DNA of 64,000 bases from Vicinamibacteria bacterium (GTDB taxonomy: Bacteria > Acidobacteriota > Vicinamibacteria > Marinacidobacterales > Marinacidobacteraceae), in the NCBI GenBank assembly GCA_965215615.1, contig OZ244068.1, positions 1,648,223 to 1,712,222 on the forward strand. Reading direction: 5' to 3'. Both the position numbers and the translations under genes were made by a program. Every line of letters starts with the position of its first letter. The stretch's first letter is position 1. Below, piece after piece: positions 1 to 9,329 of this stretch. The notes beneath the pieces are model-generated. The model did no database searches, was not told the origin of the DNA, and worked only from the letters and a program-made list of their open reading frames with translations.

Positions 1-294
1 AAATTGGATGCGGATTTCTTCTCGGGCCGCTGGTCCCGGTTGACCGATCGCCAACGGGATCTACTGTCCGTGGTTGCTCACCTCGACCACCAGGACGGCG
101 AATTCAGTGTCCGGGACATCGTTCGGGCATCCGCCGAATTGCCGAGGCCGTTCAGCGCGAGCCACATCAACCAGATGCTCCTGAGTCTCGCCGGACAGGG
201 TCTGGTGTTCAAGAACCGTCACGGCAGCTACTCGTTCGCGGTTCCCCTGCTCGATGCTTTCATCCGAAGACGGACAGGCCCGGAGGGGGCATAG
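1..294 (+). CDS. C-terminal fragment of an ATPase with a winged-helix domain (partial at window start)
   Basis: Open frame from base 1; the tail '...LTDRQRDLLSVVAHL...FSVRDI...GLVFKNRHGSYSFAVPLL' resembles C-terminal wHTH domains of AAA/ORC-like ATPases; no start codon inside the window. Confidence 0.35.
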   Translation, partial: KLDADFFSGRWSRLTDRQRDLLSVVAHLDHQDGEFSVRDIVRASAELPRPFSASHINQMLLSLAGQGLVFKNRHGSYSFAVPLLDAFIRRRTGPEGA

Positions 295-1797
295 TCAGCG
301 GGCCCAGTCGAAGCTCCGCTCCACCGCGCGCCGCCAGTCGGCGAGCCGGGCTTCGCGGTCGCTTTCCGGCATCTTCGGCTCGAAACGGGCATCTTCGGCG
401 AGCGCCGCGCCGAGATCGGCTCCGGACTCCCAGAACCCCACCGCGAGTCCGGCCGCCACCGCCGCGCCGAGCGCCGTCGTCTCGCGCTGGAGCGGCCGGG
501 CCACCGGAACCCCGAGGATGTCTGCCTGGAATCCCAGCAGCAGGTCGGAGACGGTCATCCCGCCGTCCACCCGGAGCTCGGAAATGGTCTGGCCGGAGTC
601 CTGACGCATGGCCTCGAGCACCTCGGCGACCTGGAAGGCGGTGGACTCGAGGGCGGCCCGCGCGATGTGCCGCCGGTCGGCGAAGCGGGTGAGCCCGCAG
701 ATCGTCCCCCGGGCATCCGGCCGCCACCACGGCGCGAAAAGGCCGGAAAACGCGGGAACGATGTACACGCCGCCGCTATCCGGAACCTCGAGCGCGAGCC
801 GCTCGACACCGGCGGCGGTTTCCGCGAAGCCGAGCTGGTCACGGAGCCACTGGACGAGCGAACCCGCCACCGCGACCGCTCCTTCGAGCGCGTATTCGAC
901 CCCGTTCCGGTCCGCGAAGGCCACGGTGGTGAGCATCCCGGATCGGGAGGGAACCGGCCGGGTTCCGGTGTGGAGCAACAGGAACGCCCCGGTCCCGTAG
1001 GTGCACTTCGCCTCTCCCGGCCGCCGGCATTGCTGGCCGAGGAGCGCTGCCTGCTGGTCTCCGATCATTCCGGTGATCGGGATTTCCGCTCCGAACGGGC
1101 CGTCCTTGCGGGTGTGGCCGAAGGCTTCCGGGTGCGACGACGGAAGGATCTCCGGCAGCATCCGCTCGGGAACCTCGAGCGCCGCCAGGAGTTCGGGATC
1201 CCACCGGCAGCCATCGAGCGCCATCATCTGGGTCCGGCTCGCGTTGGTCGCATCGGTGCGGTGGTCGCGGTCTCCGGTGAGACAGGCGAGGATCCACGAA
1301 TCCACCGTGCCGAAGACGGCGCGCCCTTCCCCCGCCCGTTCGCGGAGTCCGGGCGTGTTGTCGAGCAGCCACCGCAGCTTCGGCCCCGAGAAATAGGTCG
1401 CGGGAGGAAGCCCGGTGCGCTTGCGAAGCCGCTCCTCGCCGACCGTTTCGCCGAACTGCTCGGCGAGCCCCCGGGTCCTCGTGTCCTGCCAGACGATCGC
1501 CGGGGCGAGGGGCGCTCCGGTTTCGGGGTCCCAGACCACGGCCGTCTCGCGCTGGTTGGTGATCCCGACCGCCGCCACGTCCTTCCCGGCGAGCCCGGAC
1601 TTCCCGAGTGCCCGCGAAACGGTCTCGAAAACCCGGTCGCGGATCTCGGCCGGATCGTGCTCGACGAGGCCGCGGTCCGGCGTGAACTGGCGGTGTTCGC
1701 GCTGGGCAGAGCCCACCACCCGTCCCTTTCGATCGAAGAGCAGGCAGCGGCTGCTGGTGGTCCCCTGGTCCACCGCCGCGATGACTCGTTCTGACAC
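295..1797 (-). CDS. glpK: glycerol kinase (FGGY family)
   Basis: Protein has 'VIAAVDQGTTSSRCLLFD', 'GTGAFLL' and full-length similarity to GlpK; likely GTG start at 1795-1797 preceded by GGAGG; the ATG 66 nt further upstream would add a non-conserved extension. Confidence 0.9.
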   Translation of the reverse strand: MSERVIAAVDQGTTSSRCLLFDRKGRVVGSAQREHRQFTPDRGLVEHDPAEIRDRVFETVSRALGKSGLAGKDVAAVGITNQRETAVVWDPETGAPLAPAIVWQDTRTRGLAEQFGETVGEERLRKRTGLPPATYFSGPKLRWLLDNTPGLRERAGEGRAVFGTVDSWILACLTGDRDHRTDATNASRTQMMALDGCRWDPELLAALEVPERMLPEILPSSHPEAFGHTRKDGPFGAEIPITGMIGDQQAALLGQQCRRPGEAKCTYGTGAFLLLHTGTRPVPSRSGMLTTVAFADRNGVEYALEGAVAVAGSLVQWLRDQLGFAETAAGVERLALEVPDSGGVYIVPAFSGLFAPWWRPDARGTICGLTRFADRRHIARAALESTAFQVAEVLEAMRQDSGQTISELRVDGGMTVSDLLLGFQADILGVPVARPLQRETTALGAAVAAGLAVGFWESGADLGAALAEDARFEPKMPESDREARLADWRRAVERSFDWAR

Positions 1798-1885
1798 CTT
1801 CGCCTCCTCGCGCCGAAACGCCTTCCGGTATTCTCTCCGCCCGCCAACCGATTTCCCCCCCAAGGAAATTTCTCAAGAAGATTTC

Positions 1886-3229
1886 ATGAAGATCGGCCGC
1901 CTTCTCGCTGCGCCCCTGCTGTTCGCCTCGCTCGCCTCGCTTGCCCCCGCCCAGCCGAGCGTCCTCCCGATGCGGGAGCGGGCAGCGCTCGTGGATCGCT
2001 GGCTCGACATCCGCTTCGAGACGGTGCTGCCGGAAATCATGCGGCGCGAAGGGGTGGATCTGTGGATCGTGGCGGCCCGCGAATACAACGAGGATCCGGT
2101 GATCCGGACCATGCTCCCCTACACCTGGCTCGCCGCCCGGCGGCGCACGGTGCTGATGTTCCATGACCTTGGAATGGAAGAAGGAGTCGAGCGGCTCGCG
2201 GTGGCCCGCTACGACATCGGCGGCATCCCGCGGGCCTGGGATCCCGATTCGGAGCCCGATCAATGGGGCCGGGTCGCGGAGCTCATCCGCGAACGGGATC
2301 CGGAGGTGATCGGGATCAACTGGTCCGAGGACTTCGGGCTCGCCGACGGTTTCACCGCGAGCGAGAACGCGGCGTTCCGGGAAGCGCTCGGGCCAGAACT
2401 CGCGGGCCGGGTGAAGCCGGTGGAGCGGCTCGCCATCGCCTGGCTCGAAACCCGGACCCCGGAGGAGATGGAGGTCTATCCGGGAGTGGTGCGGCTTGCC
2501 CGCTGGATCCTCTCGCGGGGGCTCTCCGGCGAAGTCATCCAGCCGGGGGCAACCACCACCGACGATGTCTCGTGGTGGTACCGGGAGAAAATCCGGGAAC
2601 TCAAGCTCCAGGCGTGGTTCCAGCCGGGCGTCTCGGTGCAGCGGCACGAAACCCAGGCCGTCGAGCTACGCGAGGACTACTCGGGGCGTCCGCCGCCGAA
2701 CACCATCCTCCCCGGTGACCTGATCCACGTGGACCTCGGGATCACCTACCTGCGGCTCAACACCGACACCCAGATGAATGCCTACGTGCTGCGGCCCGGC
2801 GAGACCGACGCTCCGGAAGGACTCCGCGAAGCGTTCGCAATCGGAAACCGGCTCCAGGACATCCTCACCGACGAGTTCGTCAGCGGCCGCACCGGGAACG
2901 AGATTCTCGGGGCGGCGCTCGAACAGGCGAGCCTCGAAGGAATCCGGGCTTCCATCTACACCCACCCGATCGGCTACCACGGCCACGGAGCCGGCCCCAC
3001 CATCGGCCTCTGGGATCGCCAGGAAGGCGTCCCCGGCAAGGGCGACTACCCGCTCTTCCCGATGACCGCCCACGCGATCGAGTTGAACGCGCGGGTTCCG
3101 GTCCCCGAGTGGGACGACCAGGAAGTCCGGATCGCTCTCGAAGAGGATGCCTTCTTCGACGGCGAAAGCACCTGGTACATCGATCCCCGCGCCGAACGGT
3201 TGCTGCTCATCCCCCGCCAGGAGAACTAG
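1886..3229 (+). CDS. secreted M24-family metallopeptidase (Xaa-Pro aminopeptidase/prolidase-like)
   Basis: ATG at 1886 gives signal peptide MKIGRLLAAPLLFASLASLAPA; creatinase/prolidase N-domain; metal-ligand region 'HPIGYHGHGAGPTIGLWD'; the upstream part of the track ORF is a non-coding extension. Confidence 0.8.
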   Translation: MKIGRLLAAPLLFASLASLAPAQPSVLPMRERAALVDRWLDIRFETVLPEIMRREGVDLWIVAAREYNEDPVIRTMLPYTWLAARRRTVLMFHDLGMEEGVERLAVARYDIGGIPRAWDPDSEPDQWGRVAELIRERDPEVIGINWSEDFGLADGFTASENAAFREALGPELAGRVKPVERLAIAWLETRTPEEMEVYPGVVRLARWILSRGLSGEVIQPGATTTDDVSWWYREKIRELKLQAWFQPGVSVQRHETQAVELREDYSGRPPPNTILPGDLIHVDLGITYLRLNTDTQMNAYVLRPGETDAPEGLREAFAIGNRLQDILTDEFVSGRTGNEILGAALEQASLEGIRASIYTHPIGYHGHGAGPTIGLWDRQEGVPGKGDYPLFPMTAHAIELNARVPVPEWDDQEVRIALEEDAFFDGESTWYIDPRAERLLLIPRQEN

Positions 3230-3234
3230 AAACA

Positions 3235-5192
3235 TGAATCAGGCATTGTCCCTGTCAGAAGTCTTCGACAAGCGGCTTTTCCGCATCCCCGACTACCAGC
3301 GTGGATATTCCTGGCGAGAGAAGCAACTCGAACAGTTCTGGGACGACCTCGTCTCCATGGGGGACCGACGCCACTACGCCGGTGTCCTCACCGTCCGCGC
3401 CGTATCCGTTGACAGTCCCAAATCACAGGAACACTGGCTTTGCCACGATCACAGTTATCGGTGCTACCACGTCGTGGACGGCCAGCAGCGCCTGACCAGT
3501 ATCGTTCTGCTCGTCGCAGCGATCGTTCACCACTTCCGGCCTTACGCTGATGGAAGTGACCCCCAGGTTGTCGGCACTCTCATGACGAGCAATCTCGAAG
3601 ATACATTTCTCTATCGCATTCATCCTGAAGGCGACATGGAGACGAATATCGTCAACTATGCCGTAGATGGCTCTCTCTGTCAGGTTCTTCATTCCTGTCT
3701 TCGATCCACAAGAATTGACGCATCTATTCGTAATGAAGCATCCAATCTGTACACGCGAAATCTTGTCTTCGCCCGCGAATTTTTCATTTCGCGCCTGAAA
3801 GATCTCGTACAGCAACAGGGGCCCGATGCCATCGGCCTGTTTTATCATCGGTTGACTCAAAATCTGTTCTTCAACATGTACGAGATTGAGGATGAATTCG
3901 ATGTCCATATCTCGTTCGAGACGATGAACAATCGTGGGTTGTCGCTTTCGACTCTTGACCTGGTCAAGAATCGCTTGATGTATCTGACTAATCTGTTTCA
4001 CCCCGGGAAGGAGCAAACTGCGGCCCGGCACACACTCCTCACCCATGTCAAGGACAATTGGCAGAAAATCTACGACGAATTGGGACACCACCCCACACAG
4101 CAACTGAATGAGGATTCGTTTCTTCGCGACCATTGGATCGCATACTTCGGGAAATCAGGTAGCGAGAATGAATGCGCCCGCTTTCTGCTCGAGGAGCGAT
4201 TCACAAAAGCAGCCGTTCATGGCTCATCGCCATCGATCTCCCCGGGTGACATTCACGATTACGTAGTTGACCTCGGAACATCTGTACGTCACTGGGTCTC
4301 GACCCATTTCCCAGAAAAAGTCCACAACACTCCTCTGCGAGCGGAACTCGAAAGACTCCAGCGAATGGGTGTGGGCTCTTTGCGGCCCCTCGTGATGGAG
4401 ATCCTGGGTCATCGAGATGATCTGCTTGCCGGAGAGGCGATACGAACAGTGGAGCGCTTCCGCTTCCTTGCATTTGCGATGGCGGGTCGGCGATCCGACT
4501 ACGGAAAGGCAGAGTTCCATAGGTTGGCTCACGCAATTCACAGTGACCAGAAGGAGCTGCGGGATGCGATCGACCAGATCCAGGCATGGACAACCGAGAG
4601 TGCCGAAAGTGTTGATCTGTTGGCAAATCGCTTCGCAGGAATTCTGACCAAAAACAGCGGCCAACTGGATTACTACCAATGGTCTGGCCTCAAACATCTA
4701 CTCTACGAATACGAACGATTCCTGGCAAGAGAGGATGGACCGGAGAAGGTAACCTGGCAAAAAATCGTCACGAACAGCGAAACAACGATATCCATCGAAC
4801 ACATTGCGCCGCAGACACCCACCCCCTACTGGGAGCAAAAAATTCCAGACGAGTACGAGGCATGGGCACAACAGCTGGGCAACCTCGTTCTCTTGGCCAA
4901 ACCGATCAATTCGGCATTGCAGAATCGACCCTTTGAGGAAAAGAAGAACGCCACGTGGGACAAGAGCGGCAAGGTCGCCCGCGTGGGATACAGCACCGGG
5001 AGCTATTCCGAGCTGGAAGTTGCCAGAGAGACCGAATGGAATGCGGATTCGATCCGCAGGCGTGGGTTGCGAATTCTCGAGTTCATGGCCGAACACTGGT
5101 CCATTCCCTTCTCGGATGCCCACAAGCAGCAGCTCGTCTCTCCGACCCCGAAGCGGCAGGTCCCAATATCGGATCCACTCGATTTCGAGTAG
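3235..5192 (+). CDS. DUF262 (ParB/GmrSD N-terminal, DGQQR) plus DUF1524 (HNH-like) nuclease, GmrSD-like type IV restriction protein
   Basis: Motifs 'IPDYQRGYSWREKQLEQFWDDL', 'VVDGQQRLTS', C-terminal 'IEHIAPQ'; AGGAGA SD 10 nt before the ATG; gene GC ~48% against ~70% in flanks. Confidence 0.8.
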
Positions 5193-5248
5193 CAAACCGG
5201 CGGCGAGAGATCAAGCGATAACCCGCGGCGTTCCGAGCGCGAAATCCC

Positions 5249-6319
5249 ATGCGGCGCTCCGATTTCCTCGCCGGGGTCGGGCTCGCGGCCGGGGTATCCC
5301 TCCTCGCGACCTTCGGGGCCGACTGGATCGCCGAGTCGCTGCTCGGCCTCTCGGGAAACCCGATCAGTGCCGTCGTGCTGGCCATCGTTCTCGGCATGGC
5401 CATCTCGAATGGAACCGGCTGGGCCCGCTCCGGTGCTTCGGGGCTTCGGTTCTGCTCCACCACCATCCTCCGGCTCGGCATCGTGCTGCTCGGCTTTCGG
5501 CTCAGCCTGCTCGCCGCCGGCCGCTTCACCCTTGCGGCCCTTCCCTTCGTCCTTTTTGCGATCGCGGCGGGGATTTCCGTGGTGCGGCTTTTCGGGTCGC
5601 GCTTCGGACTCTCCCGAACCCTCGCCGGGCTGATCGCGATCGGGACCAGCATCTGCGGTGCCACCGCCATCGTCGCGACCGCTCCCCTGCTCCGCGCCCG
5701 CGATTCCGAAGTGGGTTATGCGGTCACCTGCGTCACCGTGTTCGGCATCGCCGCGATGTTCGGCTATCCGATCCTCGCACACGCGATCTTCCCCGCCGAA
5801 CCGCAGCTCGCCGGGCTCTTCCTCGGAGCCTCCATCCACGAAACTGCCCAGGTCGCCGGCGCGGGAGTGATGTACGAAACCCGATACGGCGCGCCGGAAG
5901 CGCTCGACGTGGCCACCGTCACCAAACTGGTCCGGAATCTATCCATGCTGGCGCTGATCCCGCTGGTGGGCATCCTGTTCGCCGGCAAACGGGGCGAGAA
6001 CTCTCCCTCCTGGCTGCGGATGATCCCGTGGTTCGTCGTCGGCTTCGCGGCCTGCTCGGCGCTCCGGACCCTCGGAGATCACCTGTTCCCCGGCGCTGCG
6101 GCGTGGGAGCAGATGGTCTCGTTCTTCCGTCACGCTGCCGAAACCTGCCTGCTGCTCGCGATGGCCGGAGTGGGCCTTCAGTCGAGCTTCGTCGGCCTCC
6201 GGCGCATCGGCTTCCGCCCCTTCGCCTTCGGACTTCTCACCGCCCTCGTGACAGGCGCGGTCAGCCTGAGCCTGATTACGGCGTTCGGAGAATCAACCCT
6301 CGCCTTCTTCGGCGACTGA
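5249..6319 (+). CDS. YeiH/UPF0324-family inner-membrane protein (putative sulfate exporter family)
   Basis: Polytopic membrane protein, glycine-rich helices, typical YeiH length and N-terminus. Confidence 0.7.
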   Translation: MRRSDFLAGVGLAAGVSLLATFGADWIAESLLGLSGNPISAVVLAIVLGMAISNGTGWARSGASGLRFCSTTILRLGIVLLGFRLSLLAAGRFTLAALPFVLFAIAAGISVVRLFGSRFGLSRTLAGLIAIGTSICGATAIVATAPLLRARDSEVGYAVTCVTVFGIAAMFGYPILAHAIFPAEPQLAGLFLGASIHETAQVAGAGVMYETRYGAPEALDVATVTKLVRNLSMLALIPLVGILFAGKRGENSPSWLRMIPWFVVGFAACSALRTLGDHLFPGAAAWEQMVSFFRHAAETCLLLAMAGVGLQSSFVGLRRIGFRPFAFGLLTALVTGAVSLSLITAFGESTLAFFGD

Positions 6320-6748
6320 CATCAGCGAACCTGTCTCCCATGGGTTGTGGAGTCCAATCCCCAACCCCTCGAAATCACCGACGTTGCGCGTCACCACCGT
6401 CAACCCGCCCAGGCGGGCGATCGCGGCGATCTGGCAGTCGATCGGATCCGGATGAAGGCCGCGGGCGCGCCGCATGGCCGCCATCTCTGCGTAAACACAG
6501 GCCGCTTCGCGATCAAAGGGCAGGACGCGGTCGCCGAAAGCTCTCCGTAGCATCCCCTCCATGCGGGAGAACAGCGCTTCGCGCCGATGTCCCACCGGCA
6601 GGATCGCGACAGCGTAGCGGAGCTCTGCCTCGCTCACAGCAGACAGGAAAAGTTCTTCAGGAACCTGGGCGGCGATCCATGATTCGACAGTGCGCGCCGG
6701 TTCCAGACGCATCAATTCGGACACCACGTTCGTGTCCAGCAGAAACAC
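6293..6748 (-). CDS. vapC: PIN-domain toxin VapC
   Basis: 'MFLLDTNVVSEL...' N-terminus with conserved D; ~150 aa; directly downstream of an RHH antitoxin gene. Confidence 0.8.
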   Translation of the reverse strand: MFLLDTNVVSELMRLEPARTVESWIAAQVPEELFLSAVSEAELRYAVAILPVGHRREALFSRMEGMLRRAFGDRVLPFDREAACVYAEMAAMRRARGLHPDPIDCQIAAIARLGGLTVVTRNVGDFEGLGIGLHNPWETGSLMSVAEEGEG

Positions 6749-6759
6749 GTGGCTCTCGA

Positions 6760-7008
6760 TCAGTCGAAGGAGGGTGGCTCGCGGGAGCCGCCCCGCGGCG
6801 GCAGCTCCAGTTCCACGCCATTCTCCGGGCCGAAGTACGACCGAATGATGCTCGCAAGGTCACGACCAGCCGGCTCCGGGGCCACTGCGCCACCGAGAAT
6901 CCGGCGGGCTTCCTCTTCCATGGATCGGCCGTTGACGGCGGCACGAACCCGCAAGCGGGCTTTCACTTCGTCGTCGAGTTTGCGGATCGTGATACTCGCC
7001 ACGGTCAT
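6760..7008 (-). CDS. vapB: RHH (FitA/StbC-like) antitoxin VapB
   Basis: 'MTVASITIRKLDDEVKARLRVRAAVNGRSMEEEARRIL'; ATG at 7008; 11-nt gap to vapC. Confidence 0.7.
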   Translation of the reverse strand: MTVASITIRKLDDEVKARLRVRAAVNGRSMEEEARRILGGAVAPEPAGRDLASIIRSYFGPENGVELELPPRGGSREPPSFD

Positions 7009-7052
7009 CCTCCTGTTTTGATGGCATCGCAATCCTTTCGATTGTAACGCCA

Positions 7053-7676
7053 TCAATCTTCGGCGATGGCCTCGGTGCCGAGCAACTCGCCGACGAGGCG
7101 GCGCGCCCGCTCTTCGGTCTCCGGGAGCGAGCCGGAAGTGTCCACCAGATCGTCCGCTGCCGCCATCTTGGCGGCCACCGGCATCTGCGCCGCAATCCGG
7201 GCCCGGGCTTCGGCCTCGGTGAGGGAAGAGCGGGCGAGCAGACGCTCGATCTGCTGCTCCGGCGGGCAGTGGGCCACCACCAACCGGTCGTAGGTTTTCG
7301 CGCTTCCGGTTTCGACCATGAGCGCCGCCTCCACCCCGGCCGCCGCCGCGCCTGCGGCCGACCGCTGCTCGAGGAACTCCTGAATCGCGCGGCGCACCTC
7401 CGGGTGCACGATCCGGTTCAGCCGCTCGCGGGCCGCGGGGTCCGAAAACACGATCCCTCCGAGCTTCGAACGATCCACGCCGCCGGTCGAATCCCGGACA
7501 TCTCCGAACTCGCGCCCGAACTCCTGGACGATCGCTTGGATCAGCTCGCCGCCCGGCGCGAGAAAGTCGTGGGTCAGCCGGTCGGCATCCAGCATCGGGA
7601 TGCCGGCGCGCTCGAAGACCCGGCGAACGACCGATTTCCCCGACGCGATCCCCCCGGTCAGGCCGATCCGAAGCAT
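7053..7676 (-). CDS. coaE: dephospho-CoA kinase
   Basis: 'IGLTGGIASGKS' P-loop and full-length CoaE similarity. Confidence 0.9.
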   Translation of the reverse strand: MLRIGLTGGIASGKSVVRRVFERAGIPMLDADRLTHDFLAPGGELIQAIVQEFGREFGDVRDSTGGVDRSKLGGIVFSDPAARERLNRIVHPEVRRAIQEFLEQRSAAGAAAAGVEAALMVETGSAKTYDRLVVAHCPPEQQIERLLARSSLTEAEARARIAAQMPVAAKMAAADDLVDTSGSLPETEERARRLVGELLGTEAIAED

Positions 7677-7689
7677 CCGCGCTTTCCGG

Positions 7690-8616
7690 TCAGTCGCCGG
7701 CCTTTCGCCGCGCCTCGGCGAGCTCGATGGTGTTCTTCAGGAGCATGGCGATGGTCAGCGGGCCGACTCCCCCGGGGACCGGGGTGTAGGCAGAGGAAAG
7801 CTCGCGCATGAAGTGAGGATGCGCGTCGCCGACCAGCGCGTTCCCGTTCCGGCCAAACCGCTCGAGCCGCTTCGGTTCGGAACGGAAGAAATCGGCGGCG
7901 AGGGCCGGATCGGTGATGCGGTTCATCCCGACATCCACCACCACCGCTCCCGACCGGATGCTTTCCTCCCCTGCGAGCCCGGTCCGGCCGGTCGCAAGCA
8001 GCAGGATGTCGGCCTCCCGGCAGGCCGCCGGAAGATCGGCCGTCCGGGAATGACAGATGGTGACCGTCGCGTGAGCGTGGAGCAGCATCAAGGCGAGCGG
8101 CTTGCCGACGATGTCGCTCCGACCGACCACCACCGCGCGCTTTCCCTTGAGGTCCACGCCTTCCCGGTGGAACATTTCGAGAATGCCCGCCGGAGTGCAG
8201 GGGCGCGGCCCCGGCTGGTTCGCGACCAGTCGTCCCACGTTTTCCGGGTGGAAGCCGTCCACATCCTTGTCCGGCCGGATGCGGGCGAGGAAACGACCGG
8301 CATCGAGTCCCTCCGGCAGCGGCAACTGGAGCAGGATCCCGTCCACCGCGTCGTCCTCGTTCAGCTCGTCCAGCAGATCGCCGAGTTCCCCGGCAGTGGT
8401 TTCCGCCGGCCGCCGGTGGATCGTGGAGTGGAATCCGGCTTCGGTCGAGGCCCGGCCCTTGCCCCGCACATAGATCGCGGAAGCCGGGTCGTCCCCGACC
8501 AGGACCACCGCGAGTCCCGGAGGCCGGCCCTCCCGCGCGAAATCCCGCGCCGACTCCGCCGCTTCGGCCCGGATCGCGGCGGCGATCCGTTTTCCGTCCA
8601 GAATGCGTCCCGGCAT
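7690..8616 (-). CDS. folD: bifunctional methylenetetrahydrofolate dehydrogenase/cyclohydrolase
   Basis: 308-aa protein 'MPGRILDGKRIAAAIRAE...YVRGK...PGGVGPLTIAML'; ATG (cat) at 8614-8616; the longer track ORF is an upstream extension. Confidence 0.9.
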   Translation of the reverse strand: MPGRILDGKRIAAAIRAEAAESARDFAREGRPPGLAVVLVGDDPASAIYVRGKGRASTEAGFHSTIHRRPAETTAGELGDLLDELNEDDAVDGILLQLPLPEGLDAGRFLARIRPDKDVDGFHPENVGRLVANQPGPRPCTPAGILEMFHREGVDLKGKRAVVVGRSDIVGKPLALMLLHAHATVTICHSRTADLPAACREADILLLATGRTGLAGEESIRSGAVVVDVGMNRITDPALAADFFRSEPKRLERFGRNGNALVGDAHPHFMRELSSAYTPVPGGVGPLTIAMLLKNTIELAEARRKAGD

Positions 8617-8621
8617 CTCCC

Positions 8622-9329
8622 TCACCCCTTCCCGGTTTCTTCCCGGGCAGCGCGCAGCAGAACCCGCGCCGATTCCCGAGCCCTCGCGGGGCTCGTCATA
8701 TCGATCGCCGAAACGACCGCAAACGCGTCGGCTCCCGACGCGATCACTTCGGCGGCCCGCCTTCCCCGGATACCGCCGATCGCAACCAGCGACCGCCCTC
8801 CGGTTTCGCGGGTCGCGGCGCGCACTCCTTCGAGACCGACCACCGGCTCCGGGTTCGCCTTCGACCCGGTGGGAAAGACCGGGCCGATCGCCAGATAGTC
8901 GCAAGGTGCGGGGCGCGCTTTTTCCAGCTCGGCGAGGGAATGGGTGGACAAACCGAGAACCCGGCGGTCGCCGAGGAACTGCCGGGCGCGGCCGGCAGAG
9001 AGATCGTCCTGGCCGATGTGCGCGCCACCCGCGCCGGAAAGCAGCGCGATATCCACCCGGTCGTTCACGAGGAGCGTGACCCCTGCTCCGGCGGTGCCCC
9101 GGACACCCGCGCGAACCCAGTGCAGGAACTCCCTCGCGGACATGTTCTTGGCCCGGAGCTGCGCGACCCGGATCGAGAGATCGGCAAGGGCCCGGAACAA
9201 GGGGCCGGGGTCGGGGTCGCCGTGGACTTCCGCATCGAGAATCGGGTAGAGCGGCGCGCCGGGCCACCTTCCGGATCCGGCGCGATCACCCCATCCGCTC
9301 GAGGATTCCGGTGTCGAATCCGCCAGCAA
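8622..9329 (-). CDS. thiE: thiamine-phosphate synthase
   Basis: 'LYPILD', 'AHIGQDDL', 'AIGPVFPTGSK' motifs; start uncertain (ATG at 9329 overlaps accC 3' end by 44 nt). Confidence 0.75.
   Translation of the reverse strand: MLADSTPESSSGWGDRAGSGRWPGAPLYPILDAEVHGDPDPGPLFRALADLSIRVAQLRAKNMSAREFLHWVRAGVRGTAGAGVTLLVNDRVDIALLSGAGGAHIGQDDLSAGRARQFLGDRRVLGLSTHSLAELEKARPAPCDYLAIGPVFPTGSKANPEPVVGLEGVRAATRETGGRSLVAIGGIRGRRAAEVIASGADAFAVVSAIDMTSPARARESARVLLRAAREETGKG

Noticed and set aside
839-2647. 602-aa minus ORF antisense to glpK and the M24 peptidase gene (and similar long antisense ORFs at 10610..12517, 26383..28197, 28299..30542, 30670..32322, 52060..55119, 61034..63115)
   Set aside because: All are antisense to genes with strong homology-based calls; compositionally biased translations; expected by chance in ~70% GC DNA where stop codons are rare.
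4804-7047. 747-aa plus-strand ORF crossing the DUF262 3' end, yeiH, vapC and vapB
   Set aside because: Runs through four independently supported genes on both strands; translation is Arg/Pro/Ser-rich noise.
7690-9267. 525-aa extended ORF containing folD
   Set aside because: Only the last 308 codons (from MPGRILDG) match FolD; the upstream 217 codons overlap thiE in another frame and are Arg/Pro-rich.
8622-9329. TPP riboswitch upstream of thiE
   Set aside because: The region upstream of thiE is entirely accC coding sequence (44-nt gene overlap); no room or conserved CUGAGA-type motif.
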